Shown: piece after piece, positions 14,101-28,540 of the stretch
How the letters are laid out: the number at the start of each line of letters is the position of its first letter
How positions within the stretch are numbered: the stretch's first letter is position 1
Assembly: GCA_965235115.1 (NCBI GenBank)
Contig: OZ249437.1
Location: forward strand, 11,904,001-11,968,000
Direction of reading: 5' to 3'
Origin: Laetmonice hystrix
Taxonomy: Eukaryota
DNA length: 64,000 nt
The notes under the pieces: model-generated
What the model saw: the letters and a program-made list of their open reading frames with translations, nothing else
The model's database searches: none
Told to the model about the DNA's origin: nothing
Translations under genes and position numbers: made by a program

Positions 14101-17100
14101 CAGCCCACGACGTCCATATTTGCTCACAAGACCAGTGAAATGTAGCGGCGGACCACGTCTTCGGGTACTTTCTCCCGCTCTGGTGCAATGTTCACTCATC
14201 ACTGCACTGCTCATTTCCCCAGGCTAACATTGTCTTTAGGCTCATCCTGAGGTACGGCGAAAAAAACCCGGCCCAGCCAGCCTCAGGAGGCTCGCCTGCG
14301 ACTTCGGCAGGATCCCACTGCGTCTTCAAATATGGATTGAAATTTGCGATAAAATCTCCGATACAGCCATTTTGATTTCCATCACCATGGAGACATGGCT
14401 GGCCAATTTCATATGAGAATTGGTGCCGCGAAATCAGAGGCAGCGTAAGATTATTTGTAAGCTTGGTTATTTTTCATCTGACACTAACAAGCGAGTGATT
14501 GAGTAATGACTGCAGCAACACTCGCCATGGCTCTGTGCTCCCACTGAACGATAACGTTGGAAGCCCTCGTTTGGTGGTTGGACCACGACCGACTTCAACC
14601 ACTGCAGCGACACTCATTTGTTTCGCGAAAGATCTCTCACAAACCCGTGCTTTCTGCCACATGTATTTTGATTAGCGAATTCCCTTGACTTTTAGGCTGC
14701 TGGCTAACTGACTGAAGGACGCTTTATAGTGGTGGGCACGCCGCAGGGCAAATGGGTCCCCACGAAGTGCGGGCAGTCGTGGCGTGCCTGATAAAATGCA
14801 AAGATCAGACAAGGAAAAACCCACCGGCTCTGCGACCCTGCCGGTCACCCGAGGCGATTCAAAACAATATATTCACAGCTCGGAGATTACGTAATGCTGT
14901 TTGGGAGACGCAGGGTGTCCTTGGCAATCTTCCCGTTGCCAGAAAGCCCCGCAAACAAAGGATTATCTAAATGAGTTATCGTGGCTGCGGTGGTTTGTGG
15001 TGCGCTCGGGTGTGGCGCCAATGGCCGTTCTGGGAGAGGCGCGTCATAAATAAAAAAAAGTACGCCCACTTGTCACAGCTCAGCTCTGGGGCCAGATTAC
15101 TGTGGGATCATTGAGGTATGTCCAAATATATGCCGGCAAACATTCCTTGGAAAGTATTCGGTTTTACGGGGAAGATATGGCAGAACAGCTATGTAAGAGC
15201 CAGTTTGGGAACGAACCCACAAGGACTATTCAAAGCGCTTGGTCTCTTATAACTTGACTTACAGGATTTTACAAATCCCACCGAAAAGCACGCCTGGAAT
15301 ACCTGCACACAACAAAACAACGTCACTGTAATCCGTACTTTGCATTTCGGATTAACATCGACGTATTATGAGGATGCTAGTATCTTTTTTGCATGTATTG
15401 AATATGAATGGATTTGTGCACCATAGCCTCAAATTAGGCGTTGTACTATAATACGATGGCGGAGGGTGGGAGATTCAGCGTAATGTTTTGATTACTAGTA
15501 CCATCTAAGACAATATACAGACCTTGATGGGTTCATTAAGATGTTGTTCACGGCCATGGTTAGAGGCTGAGCAGCATCTCGCCATGTCACTTGGGAGAAG
15601 AGGTGCAATTACTGTCACATTCAACTCCCCCGTCCCGATATCCCCTACCCACAGGTAGGACAGCTTCACTGATTGTGTGTGCTCCGGTCTACCTCCTAGA
15701 GTCTTAGACTGCCTCTCAAACCAACCAGCTATGTCTGTCAGTAGTTGGCGTCTCGAATAATTCAAAGGAAGTGTCTGATCACACTTATGTAATGTTAAAT
15801 TGTATGAATGCTGGAATATACCTTTCATCTGAAGGGGAGTGTTCCCTGATCGTTTTGACTTATTAAGAGCTCTCCCTCCCCGATCCCAAAGAACTTGCAC
15901 ATTTATCTTTCAAAACCACATGAAGAGGAAAAGCGTCTATGGCAGACTGTCTCTTTAACATTGCGACCGTCGGCCTGGGACGTTCCATCACAGCGAGTTT
16001 GCTTTATCATGTTGGTGCTTCACGTTTGGCATGAGTTCAGCAGCAGCACGGGTTATTCCCCCTCCCCCCTGCACAACCCGCCCCCTTAATCTCTTGAATG
16101 GATTTATGGGGGATTCCACACCCCTGAGATGGCCACCCCCCGTAGGCGGCCATGTATCACGCGCGATGCGCACCGACTCATTTGTCACAATCATTCCGAT
16201 GGTGCCCTCTCCTCGTGGTCCAGAGCCCGTTGGTCAAGGCTGGCCACTGGTCAAGGGCCGTCCTTGTGACCGGCAATCACAAAATGTTCACAACCCTCAT
16301 TGACCACTCCAAGACCCTGTGGCCAGTCCGGAGGGGACAAGGACTGATTTGAGGCTCTCAACAATGGGGGCGGCATCGACCGCACATCTCTAAACAGTCC
16401 GATTGGTATTCGTAATGTTTTCTTGTATTACTCTGAGCTATTTACTCAGAATTACACATTGTTAAGGCAGTGTACCCTCCACACCTTTGACCTGTAACAA
16501 CCAGGGATTTCAGCTTTGTTTGCCATTCAGAGGAACAAAACAAAAACACTTCCAACATGTTGGCGCACATGAATACCCGACTAACCCATCGCAACCTTTA
16601 GTCGTCTTATTTTCTATTCATACTGATTCCATTCGTTTTTATCTTTAGATTGATATATCCGTTTTTTAAAAGCAAAATCACAATAAAAAGGATAAGTGGC
16701 TTTCAGCATTGTCTATGAGGGAAAATTCACTCAACTTGACTGAACGCTTAAAGGTGCGTATTCATTTTCAGAGAGATTCCTGCAATAGATCCGTAAGTTT
16801 GGGTATGCTCTCTTTATCCTCTATGGAGATTTCCTATCTGTTTCATATAACAACAATCGTTAAGATACACAAGGGATTTCCCGTATAATCGGATGCACAG
16901 GGTGCGTGAATACCAAGTCAGAGAGCGGCAATAATTCCAAGCGCCCCCTATAGGAAGATTAGAGCACTATCTCGGCCATCAGCGTTCCCGTACAGTTGTT
17001 CCGTAATCCCACGGGCGTGGGGGATGGGGTACTATAGGATGGAGAGGTCAATATCGCCAGCTATTACGATCGTCATGAGACGGCCAGAACCAGGGACCGT

Positions 17101-20100
17101 GAGACAAAAGACGACCATCATATTAGCTGTCTCTCTGCTCGCTGTGTTCTGTAATGGGCCACGTACCAGCCACTCAACGTATGACCTTTCTTGTAAGCCC
17201 TTTGACCTAGTCATCTACCCAAAATTGCCCTTTTTGCGGGGGAACATGGACAAAATCTCACAGCCCTGAATACTGTACAAAAGTGGTATCCAAGTCAATA
17301 TATTTCATTTATAAAATGAAGAAAAGCTTATATTTCTATAGGACTCTGGAAATTCAATACGATGTTTCAAAAAACAAAAATCAGTCATTCTTTCGCACCA
17401 AAAATCTTTAAAAAGTAAACAAATAAATACATAAAAACCTCTGATATGCCTCCTTCACAAGGATATATTAGATCTGTAACAAACCGATATTTATTACTTC
17501 TTGAAAATAATATAAAGACCTTACTATTGATTGCAATATTCCTTTATTCATCGAATTATTTCCTCACCGATTGTTTGTACTCTCCCTTTCGCATGAGTTA
17601 AGACAAAATTCATCAAATCTCAACCAAAGCGCTCGGCAGGTCATTGACACAATACTTGTAGCTCCAACAATAACTGTCTTCCACTAATTAAGAATAGGCG
17701 GAGCTAATTGAATGTGGAGAGTAGACTAACGAACTCATGAGGCACTCAGGTATGCCCCTCCCACTACCTGAGCATATTAAATATGTACTGGTACTTCTGC
17801 CTTATCACAAATAACACAATGCTTAATCTAATAATGTCAGCATGGGCCATGACTAACAAAGCATAATTGGTATCTGTGAAGTGCATTACAATGGAGTCTT
17901 TTGCATGTGGGTAAAACTCTATTGAAATCTAATTACCCAGCAATCTATCTAAGTGCTAAACGGGGAGCAGAGCGTTCCGCGTCGGTGATCATATTATTTT
18001 ATGTGCCTGTCAGGTTTCATGACGAAAGAAGGTGTTTGAGAGACGCTCCGGTTCTTGAGAGAGCGAATTAACTATACGGGTGCAGGGCCTTGGAAAATAA
18101 TATCCAATAAAAGATCAAAGAATAGAATATCTTTTGATGGGAATGAAAGCCCTTCTCTTACACGGGCTAGTCACAGCAGAGAATGAATCTGTTATGTCAC
18201 GTCGTCACGAATTCTTTCCATTTGTTTACCACTCATGCATTTCGAATTCCTGATGCTTTATTCAACACAAAAATGTAATGTTGGATGCCCCAGAGAGTCA
18301 TGCGAATACATTCAATACTATTCGTTATTCTACATCGCCGATGATTAAAAATTATGCGAAACTTTACATTTCACATTGGGACAATTTATCATCATTTTCC
18401 TCTCTGGTATAAGAGACAAATGAAAACGAAGACAATATTTTCATTATAATATTATAACCGATAATTACTGTCGTTAACTTGCACAGGTCATTAGCTAGTA
18501 TCATTGCCGTGTACTTGGGTGTGGAGCAGTCCCATTATCTTTCAGATTGGCTGAATCTTGTATTTTTGGTTTTATTCACGGAGATAAGTAACAGCCACTT
18601 GGTTATTTTGCGTGCCATAACTAGCCTGTCACAAAGATTGCTTTACGTGAGGTTATTTATTAAGTCGCTCTAATTGTCACGTCAGCTAATCGTCGACCAC
18701 TGGCCCCCGGTAAGCAATGGCTCCATCTGAAACAATTGCAGCTGTCACCCGAACCCATCAGTGCCAGCTGTCCCTGCATTCTAACACACGTCCACACATT
18801 ACGGCCGTGGTCGAATTTCACCTTTAGACCATCAACTCCCACAATTTGCACCGTTAAGATAACCCTTTCTTTATGTACATTTTCTTTAAGACGAATACCA
18901 AACGGCATCATGCTAAACTGACTTGAGTTACTCAAGTATTCCACGGGATTTATAATGAAAATTTAAGAGTGTCATTCCTATATGACTTGTCTATTTTTGT
19001 CCGAGCTGCGGGGAGCGTTATAGAAGAAATAACCAAAGAGACGAAGTCAATTTGTGAGCCAAATTAATAGTGACATTTATTGGCCCGGAGGGATGTATAA
19101 ACTTTTAGAAGATGCATTTTTAATGCAGGCTGGTAATTATGCGAATCACCAATGTGATGGATGTGTCAAGGGAATATCTTAGCATTGAATGGTTTTTTTA
19201 TGGATGTATGTGACACATTGGCCGGAGCTATTGATCGAAGAACGTACTTCATTTGCGAGGGAGCGAGTCAACATGCAGGCGAGCGGACCTGCCCCCCCCC
19301 CCCTACATCCCCACCCCACCCCTCCCCGCCCGCTGGTACACTGGCAACCCCCCTGATGCTGTTTATATGGATTCTTGCTGGGCGGGCCTTGTGATTGGCC
19401 TCACCTTGTGAGTGACGGAGTGATGGACGAATCCTCGACCAGAAAATCCTTCCTCAAGGTCTGGTTGACTTTGACTCCCGAACAAGGTCAAGACTACATT
19501 TAATTCCAGTGCACATGTTGTCTGATTGGAGTTGACTGAGAGAAATGTGATTGGCATTGCTGGGTTTCACGGTGCCTAAGGTCTAGAATTGGGGTGTTTT
19601 GAGAAACGAAGAAAAATGGCAAGGCCGAGTATCAGGAAGTAGGGCGGCTGTTAATGGAAGCTAGTTTTCGTTGCCATGGTTGTACGTCCTATTCGTTACC
19701 CACTTGAAGCATGAAATACTAAATTATCATGCTGGCAGTTACGCCAAATAATAAATTCTCCGGAAAAACTTATACAAAGAAGGAAAATTCCTTTGTTGTG
19801 TGTTATGGCAGTGCAAACATTATTCGACTGAGAATGGCGCGTTTTTCACAGTTTATCCACTGAACTGGATATAATAGAAAATTTCTTTATTCTACATTGA
19901 TAACAGGATTATGCTCACAAATAACCAAATCAAAAAGTTGGGTTTTTTACTCTTACGCGGAGAATTCTTTGTGACTAGAGTCAAACTCGAATATAACTTT
20001 TCTTTTCTTTTTTGAAAGGGAACTCTTGATTAGATGGCATGTGATTGCTTTCTGTAGATGATTTATCTGTTCATTATTAGGGGGTGGATCCCATCTATAT

Positions 20101-20999
20101 GGGTCAGTAAACATATCATTTCTTCCATTTTGCTCTGCTCTGCTGTGCGCTGCGCCTTCCATATCAAATCCTGGTCGAGTCCTGGTCTTCCTCACATGTC
20201 TGTGGTGGAGTACATATAACGCTAGCTCTACAGACGCGTCTTATTGTTGGATGATTCATGGAACATTAACGTCTAATATATTCCCTCATCTTAGACCTCA
20301 AGGATAGTTCTTTCCCGTCCCTATCCTGACTGGGCGGTACAGGCAACAAACTGTTTTCGCGGAGCCAACATTGCCCTCGTAAATGATGGGGTTTTCTTCC
20401 TGAATCATGATGGTTTTAAGTTAATCTGGAAGAAATAATAGGAAAATGTGGTCAGCTGTGACCTTTGTGGTTCTTCATTTGGCCAGTCCCCCATCAGTAT
20501 GACAACCCAATCTGCAAGTCACATTTGTCATTGCTGCCAGATCGTGGTTTTTGCCGAGACCCGGAGTGTTGGTAACACTCTGTATGGAGACTGGGCCGCG
20601 CTGCCCCGCGCGGTGCACTGTGGGACGGCGGCTGAGAGCACGACGGGACGTCAAAACTTGTCTGCAGACGAGACAGCCGTCGATATCAAGGAAACCATGG
20701 CCACAGGCAGCACACTTTATTCTACGCTGGTCTCCTTGAAAATGATCACCCCCCCCCCCCCCCCGCCCCCACAAAAACCCCCTGGCGACATTAAGATAAC
20801 TGGACTATCTAGTTTAACATGTGTAATAAGAGACAGAAGTCTGAAATAAGACTCCAAGAACAACTATCACTCCATCTCTGGCTCCTGGACATACAGTCAC
20901 TATGCAATTATAAGACGGGCAACTTGAACTTGGAACGACGCTTTGTCATAAGTGAACTTGGAATGGCAAGGAAAATATTATTTTGGAAATCAGTCAATA

Positions 21000-22100
21000 A
21001 TAGGGTTACATGTACATACATCTGACTTCATTGCCAGAAGGAAAGTCTGTTACTGGCAAGTCCTCTAACTTATAGCGATCACTGTCTCGGCCTCTCCAGT
21101 CAGAACGAAAGTATATTAGCAATGTCAAACAACAAAAATGATTCACAGTCCTGAACATTAGCCACGCCTTGAGTAAACAAATTTACAGATCCATCCATCT
21201 TGCAAAAGTTCCTTCCGGCTTCAAAGATCTAATTAATAATAATTACTGAAGCATCCTTTGGACATATTCAAATCAATTTACACAATCCTGAGTCATGGAT
21301 AACTCACAGACACCGACCACCTCATCTGACTAGAAAAGGTTGAACACTGAGATTCTGGATTCTTCACGTTTTTAAAGAATTCTGATTTTGATGTCTCTCA
21401 GCCAATGTTTGATTAGAGTTATGCAGAACTAGAATTCAGAAATGTTGATGTTCGCTTTGTTGATGAAAATATAACAAAGAAACAAATCTTGAGCCTCAGA
21501 ATATAGAATGAATTCTCTAGTGATTTCTCTAAAGATCGGATTGAAATTCCATACGTACGCCTAATTTATTTCATTTTACCTTCTAACAGTTATCTTAAAC
21601 ATCAAAACATCCTATTGTGTAAATAAACCTCTATGACTACGGCAGTACTTACCTCTTCAATTCCAAATGTGGCTCTTAGTCTTTCGGCTCGGAAGTTTGA
21701 CGTTAATCCTGATTGATTGGTTACATCTGACCCGCCTATAAAAATCTCTTAATAAAACCAGATGTAAAATTTTATTATCCTATAAAAACTTGACTCTTAT
21801 GTTTCAGTACCCACGAAGCATCTTAGTGACAAGAGTTGCATAGCTTGTAGAAAGAAAACATGTCCCAGGCGATCTCCATTTGCCAAACAGTTTTCTCGAT
21901 GTGACATAATAATCATTAATCTTTCTACCTATAGTCATTGGATACCATTTTCAAGTTGGATGAAGTTAGTTTCCTAAAGTTACTTTTGGAGTTCAGCGAC
22001 TTTTTCCTCAAGTTCTCCTCGAATTTGACCTTTAATTTCAGCATTAGCATAGTTCTTGGGAACTTTCCAAGAGATGCAATGCTAACATACTTTAGCTAAC
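21000..22100 (-). mobile_element. Possible decayed L1-like ORF2 fragment
   Basis: Minus-strand pieces KNYANAEIKGQIRGELEEKVAELQK* and NGDRLGHVFFLQ loosely resemble the L1 tether (GEKxSKYFFNLEK); very degenerate. Confidence 0.25.
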
Positions 22101-25100
22101 TGTAGACACCTGTGGGACACCTGTGTGGTGGCGGATATCTCACGGTTAGATTGCTAATTTGACAACTTGTGATGCTAATTGTGTGTTCAGAACTCAGGTC
22201 ACAAATACGTTGAGTGGCGACTCCCTAACCCTGACAGACTTTAGTAGACCTGATGGTTTCCAATCAAGCCATGTCACGGCCTTGGCACGACAGGTGCTGC
22301 CCTCTGTCACCGAACACCACAACAGGTGTCTTGAGTTAAAGCGCACGTGACTGAATTACCTGCCACCACCGATCCAAGGCAAAAAAACAACAAAAAACGA
22401 GAACTCCATCGCCAACAAAATATGACATTATCACTGACTGAGTCTTCAAGTCTCAGCGGAGACGGATGATTGGTCACAATTTATTCGTGGCGATCGGCGG
22501 GTACAGAAGAGTGAAGCAATATCATCGGGGGACCAGGCTCGGGTTGTCAGGTGTCTAACTCGGAGACGGTCCCTCGCCCGGCTTGCAATGCAGGACCACT
22601 GGGGCCAACATATGCCAGACTCATTTGCAATTCTCCACTCGGACCACGCCGTGGCTAAATAAGAGGGAAGGCCCCGGACAGGGACGTACATGTGATTATC
22701 AATTCCCCATACAAAGATCATGTCACGACGGCACAGCCAGAGCTGAATCAGAATAATCAGGAAATTAGAAATAATTTCATGTGGCTTAGCGTCAGTAATT
22801 GGGTGCGGCCCTGCTGGAATGCCCTTTTACCAGCACTGGGCTGGGACGGATCACGATCAGATCGGCTCGGGTTATAGGCTCTTTAAAACCTCTCAACAAA
22901 TTTGGCAGGATAAGCAGAAGGTTTATGTTAGGGGTGTTCTGGATGTAAATTGGCAGTTTAATCTAGGGGATGTCGGGGTCGCGTTGAACATCTAATGCCT
23001 AACAAGCTTTGCAGATGTGCAATTCTGCCGGTAGGAGGCTTTGAAAGGGCAGATTGGGCCGTGCTCTGGGGCGATACATACATTTGCATTTTCAGGACAC
23101 TCAATGCGGGGGAAATATATTTTTTATTGGCCTCTGTCAAGGAGGCAAATGAGCTGCTTGCCTCCTTTAGCCCACATCCCTGTGGTCCTGCGGTGCATGA
23201 GGAGAACCTCATACGTCAAGGGGAATCATTTTGATGGCATCATTCAAGGCTGACACTTGCTTGTAAAAATGCCCATCTCTAGAGTGTCAAGCGTGCTAAT
23301 GAGACTGAAGTTTATATCCGTCATTGCCATTCCGAGCCCCCTTATAACTGAGTTTGGGCTGAGGTCTCAAAAAGCACATCAGCTGTGGAAACTGCGCAAG
23401 AAGTATCTGCGGAAAGACAACTTTTCAAAGTTCTACCAAGAAACTTGGATAGAGCAGGTGATGCAAATATCAACAGACAACGGATCTTCCGGAATTGTCG
23501 GATGAAATCCTAATTAATCGCGGATATATGCAATTTTAATAGGTCAACAATGTTGCACAGCAAGACCTGTGTCTCATGTTACAAGATCGGAGAAGTGAAT
23601 TTTGTTTGTTTTTGGAGGGTTGTCAAAAGACGTTGTTAGAGGAGCGAGTTGTGCGCGTGGTGAGTAATGAGCCATGCACTACCTGTCAGACCCTACGATC
23701 AGCCAACCTCCGACATTACCAACCTCGCCCCACATAGCTCCACCGATTCACCTCATCAGGGATTCCTCTCACAAACAATTGCTTTTTCTCTTGTGCTGCA
23801 ATTAAGTTATCAATGGGTGGCATCAGCAAATGTGACGCTGGCAGAGGTATTTAATTTCAAGCCTTTATGTCTTCATTTAGTGAGCAGGGGTGGATTTGGC
23901 ACGGGACGACCAACGTTGCGGAAGGGTAGTCACACTGCTTAATTTCTTTTTCTTTGGCACTCCTAATTTGTCTGCACCATCGAGGAATTCTGTAAGGATG
24001 TGAAATGACTTACTCCTTGTGATGACAGATCTCCAAGCCATAATCGTGTTGAAGACGTATAGCGACTACTCAAAATAAATATTTTGATACCCTAATATCA
24101 CTGCATGGTATTCCAATTTCAAACAATGATGGTTTGTGCCATTAGTGACACATCAGAGGTTTTAATTAAACCCAAATATTCGAAAAAGAAATATTTTATC
24201 TCGGAAACAAATGTTTCTTGTTCCGTATAACTATTATACCGAATTTGAAAAGCAAGTGAGGCTCGGTATTCTCTCTGTCTCCATTTTTATTTTCAAATAG
24301 AGGCCCTTGATATATTATTTCCACTTGGCTACATTCGGGAACTTGAAGACGTCTGCAGAACTTAATGTTCATCCGACAGGCCTCCCTCAGGAAAATTAAT
24401 ATCCCCGTCCTCATATTCCCCATTCAGTTCGTAAACCTACCGCGACGTCAATATTCATGGCAGTATAATTTACATATACATATACAAGTCATTTTATGTT
24501 CTTTATTTTTGAATGTGAAAATACAAAAGAAAATTCTAAAGGTTTCGAGGGTATATATGTAGGGAGCGTCTCATGGAAAGATAAGAGGGTTTTTTTTGTG
24601 TATTTTGTTACCAGTCTGACTGGCATCTTTATATCGTCACATTTATGTAGCATGGCAGAAAGTGGTACAGCGGTCAACACATACCGGTACATAATTAACT
24701 CTCGGGGTAAGGTCAATTACTGTCACACCCAGCAAAGATTACTCCAACATTATGTAATCTCCCCCCATCCAGAATTAGTGGCGCCACAAAACCTGAAACA
24801 AATGTCTAAAGAGAAGTTGGAAACAGAAATTGTAATTGTGAACGTAAAAAAAGGTCAACTAAAACTGATTAATAGAATTTAGTGCTGTTGTTATCTTCAG
24901 TGAAGTCAAATAATATGTATAGTAGCGTCGTTTCCAAAACAAACACACACACTGCACGGTTATTTTATTTAATCAGATAATTAAGGTAACTGACATGGGT
25001 AGTTTCCAGGACAGACCATACTAAGAGGACCAACACTTTCATAAACTTGTAATCTTTGGCGGGAAAGACATTTGACAAATCTGATCAGATCACCATCTTA

Positions 25101-27399
25101 ATGAAAAGTCTGAAGAAGGCCAATGATTTTGATGTTATCTCTGTACAAATGCTTTCTGTGAATGTCACGCCTTATCTGTTTTGAAGATGCCAGAAGATAC
25201 CATCAGACAAAGACTAGAGATACCGGTAAAATTCTTAACACTTTCTAGAGATTGGAATTATGAGTCGATCTCAGACAACATTCGAGAAGAAATACCAACT
25301 GTGCTGTATATAGATGTTAGCATAAAAGTAGATCTAAAATTTTATTCAATTCTTTCACTGGACAATATACAATATAAATATACCAAGAGCAACATGGAGA
25401 GACGTACAGACAGAGGGACAGAGGCACAAGACACGTCATAAGTCATGATTTCTTGAAGATGAGACTGAAGCTGCATGGTACAAGTTAAAAGAGTCTGTAT
25501 CTTCCATACCCAAACCTCCCGCCTCAGAGAAACCCCCACCCCAACCCTCGACCTTATTACGTCGAGAAGACGTCGGCCGGAACCAACCAGCCTCACAAAC
25601 TCACTGGAAGGATCGAACGCCTGACCAGAAGAAAAATTACCCCATTCCATGTTGATAAAAAAGGAATCCAAACTTGAACGAATCTAAGTCCACTGGCATG
25701 AAACCGGTGCCAATTCTAGGGAACACTTATCACAGGAAAGAGAGTGTGTTTAATAACACCAGCTCCAGCAGCAATCAAATCAATGCTCTCTAATGATAAA
25801 CATGATTGTGCACTTTTCACCATGTGCATAGATTGTGGGGGGAACTCGAAGCAAACTCATGCAATCCTAATAGAGTTAGAGCGCCCCCCTTTCGGTGTGA
25901 TCAAAGATAGGGGGTTGGCTACCCGGGAGGGATTTAAGGGCTAAATCATGGAATATCAAACAGGTTCCCGAGTGAAGGGTAGCTCGAGTGTTGTCGATGA
26001 TGATGCAGTACTTGATACACGACAGCTTGATTGTGACCACGGGCAGCTGCAACTATTCACTGCTTCCCTCCACCAGAAATCAACGTTCAATTGACGGCGA
26101 ATCACAGAAATCAGAAATTCAAATAGCAGCCAAGCAAAGGCCTGGCATGTTTTGAATGTGGAGTGGGGGTCGACACAGTGGCCTGACTGGTTCTAGTCGA
26201 ACCATAGAAAGCCAGGCAGAAAGCCAGGGGAAGTAAAGCACAAAAACCGCTGGCTGCCGACCAGCTCATGACTCCCAATAAAACTTAGAGCAACCGCAAT
26301 CTTCTAGTTTCTCCCCTTACATTTAGGAAAGACCGCTTTTGATTCGACAGTTTGCAAGAAAATATTTAAAATGAATAAGATTCTGTGGTTGATGAAACAA
26401 AAGAGCATTTCATCAGCATGTTTGCTGACACTTGGTTTAGTTTCATTCATTCATTTATCAAAAATAATGCGAACACATAGGATACATGGAATAAAAGAAA
26501 AGGGCACAGAGTACACGCATTTAAGTTCTCTTTAAAAGGAGACTTAGTGTGCCAGCAGACAGACTACTTCTGATCAACACAAAAATATCGACATTTTCGG
26601 TCTGAGTTTCTTGCATTAGCGTGTAGGTCAGAATACATATTCTATGCAATTAGAAACTTCTATTAAAATGTTGCATGTATATCCACTATTTGGCATCCAC
26701 ATCACGCATGCTACAGTATAAAATATCCCTTTTGGCAAGGATGTCTCCAATGGAGACAGGCCCCTTCAGACAATAGTAGAAATTTGCCATTGATGGAAAC
26801 ATTCTTTATGGCTGAGAGATCTATCCGAGTTCGGGATCTCGGAATTGATCGGGCCGGCAGACTGACAGATAACCCTGGTGTACGTATGACTCATTTGTGC
26901 AAACAGATCAAATATTTAAATTCTTTTTGTGCCCTACCGTAGCTGTATTTGACACATTTCGTGAGTAGCACTATATGAGATGGCAGTGGCTTGGTGGCCA
27001 TGGCGACCGAATGGGGGTGGGGATGGGGTGGGGTATGCATGATGGCGGGGAGGGAGAGAGGGGGTCTCGAAGTATACCCCCGTGATTCACCTGAGTCGAC
27101 ACGCCACACACAAACAGTTAAATCAGCATGACTCAACCAAACCAAAGCTCACCTAGTTAATGACTTATCCAAACTGTTGCACGGAAAGCCTGAAACCAAG
27201 AGCTCAAACTCAGCTCGAGACTCCTAGCGGCATGTGCAAGAAGTGCAAACCAAGACAGGAAGACACACATCTGCAAATCAGCGGATGCTAATCACGTAAA
27301 GACCAAATACACTAGATTACATGGCTGGCATGTCCAGAACGTCAAGTGTGGCTAACACACCCAACCTCCCCTCCCCACCATGTCATCCGTTCAGGCTGA

Positions 27400-28540
27400 G
27401 CAGGGCTAATCCTCTAGTTTAAGACAGACTCCTGGTCAACGCATAACTGTAGACAAGACTTATCCCGGCCAAAGCTTTCTCATAAGGAGGCAAATGCCTT
27501 TTATATACACCTTGCCATCTGCAAATTCCCAACTACAATATACGCTTGTTTTAAAGTCGGCAGTAGCATCATTATGCAGGTCGGACCAAAATGGTAAGCT
27601 CTGCCTAAGGGACGCCACCATAGTTTTTGCCCATAGATCTATTGGCCAACTAGGCAGTAGTGGCTCCTCTGCTGCAACAAGCATGGAATACATCACATAA
27701 GATCACCTTCATTTGCCCTCCGCGGGCTCGGTATGACGACAATTTGCCACCTCCATGCGACTCGTCATCTATTGCAGGACGAAGCTCCGACCACAAATAT
27801 CGATTCCACCGGCCCTGCTTTGTCTCAGCCGATGCCACTTTGGCTCCGAGACAAACACTCCTTGGAAAACTTTCCCAGACATTGATAATTCCCGTTTTTA
27901 AACAATCTAAATGGCCGCTAAGACCCCCTCTGCCTGTGAGGCACTTCTTGCCAATTTGATCTGATTGGAATGTGTCTATAATGATGACTGATGATGGAAA
28001 GTTGGCATAAGTTTTGTTGACGAAACAAGAGTTTCCATGCTTTAAAACCATACTTCGCATTGATCATTTTAGTTTTGTATGTGGTACTGGGGCAATATTG
28101 CCTTACGTGGCCAACCAGATATGTTCTGCTGAAGTGGAAAAGGAGTCTACATTAAAGACAGCACAATCTTCTTGTTGTGTGAAATAACCACGTTCCTCCA
28201 AATGCTGAAGTCAATTACTTTTTTTAACTAGAATACCAGCCAAGTTAGCCATGCAATCTATTGTTCTTATCTTGACCATCATCACATGGGCCGTCAGCGA
28301 TTTGATGGACTGGCAGAGAGAGAGACCCCGCCCACCAGTTCGATATTCGTTATCACGCTGCCCGATCTGATGTGTAGCGTTTGGCCATGAGAAGTGGAAA
28401 CTCTGGTCAGATGAAGGAGATAGCGCGCACATTGAGGCACATGGCCATGTCGGCCGGGCCATTGGTTCCGTCAGGAACAGCGCACAACTAAAGACTGTCA
28501 AACGGTCACTCCAGGTCCCACCGTGCAGCCGTGGCACTTT
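27400..28540 (-). mobile_element. Decayed Tx1/L1-like RT remnant
   Basis: Collinear minus-strand pieces SMCALSP (QGCPLSP-like), LHIRSGSVITNIELVGG, PVHQIADG (xQYADD-like), then KKCLTGRGGL (GGLGL-like); frameshifted. Confidence 0.4.
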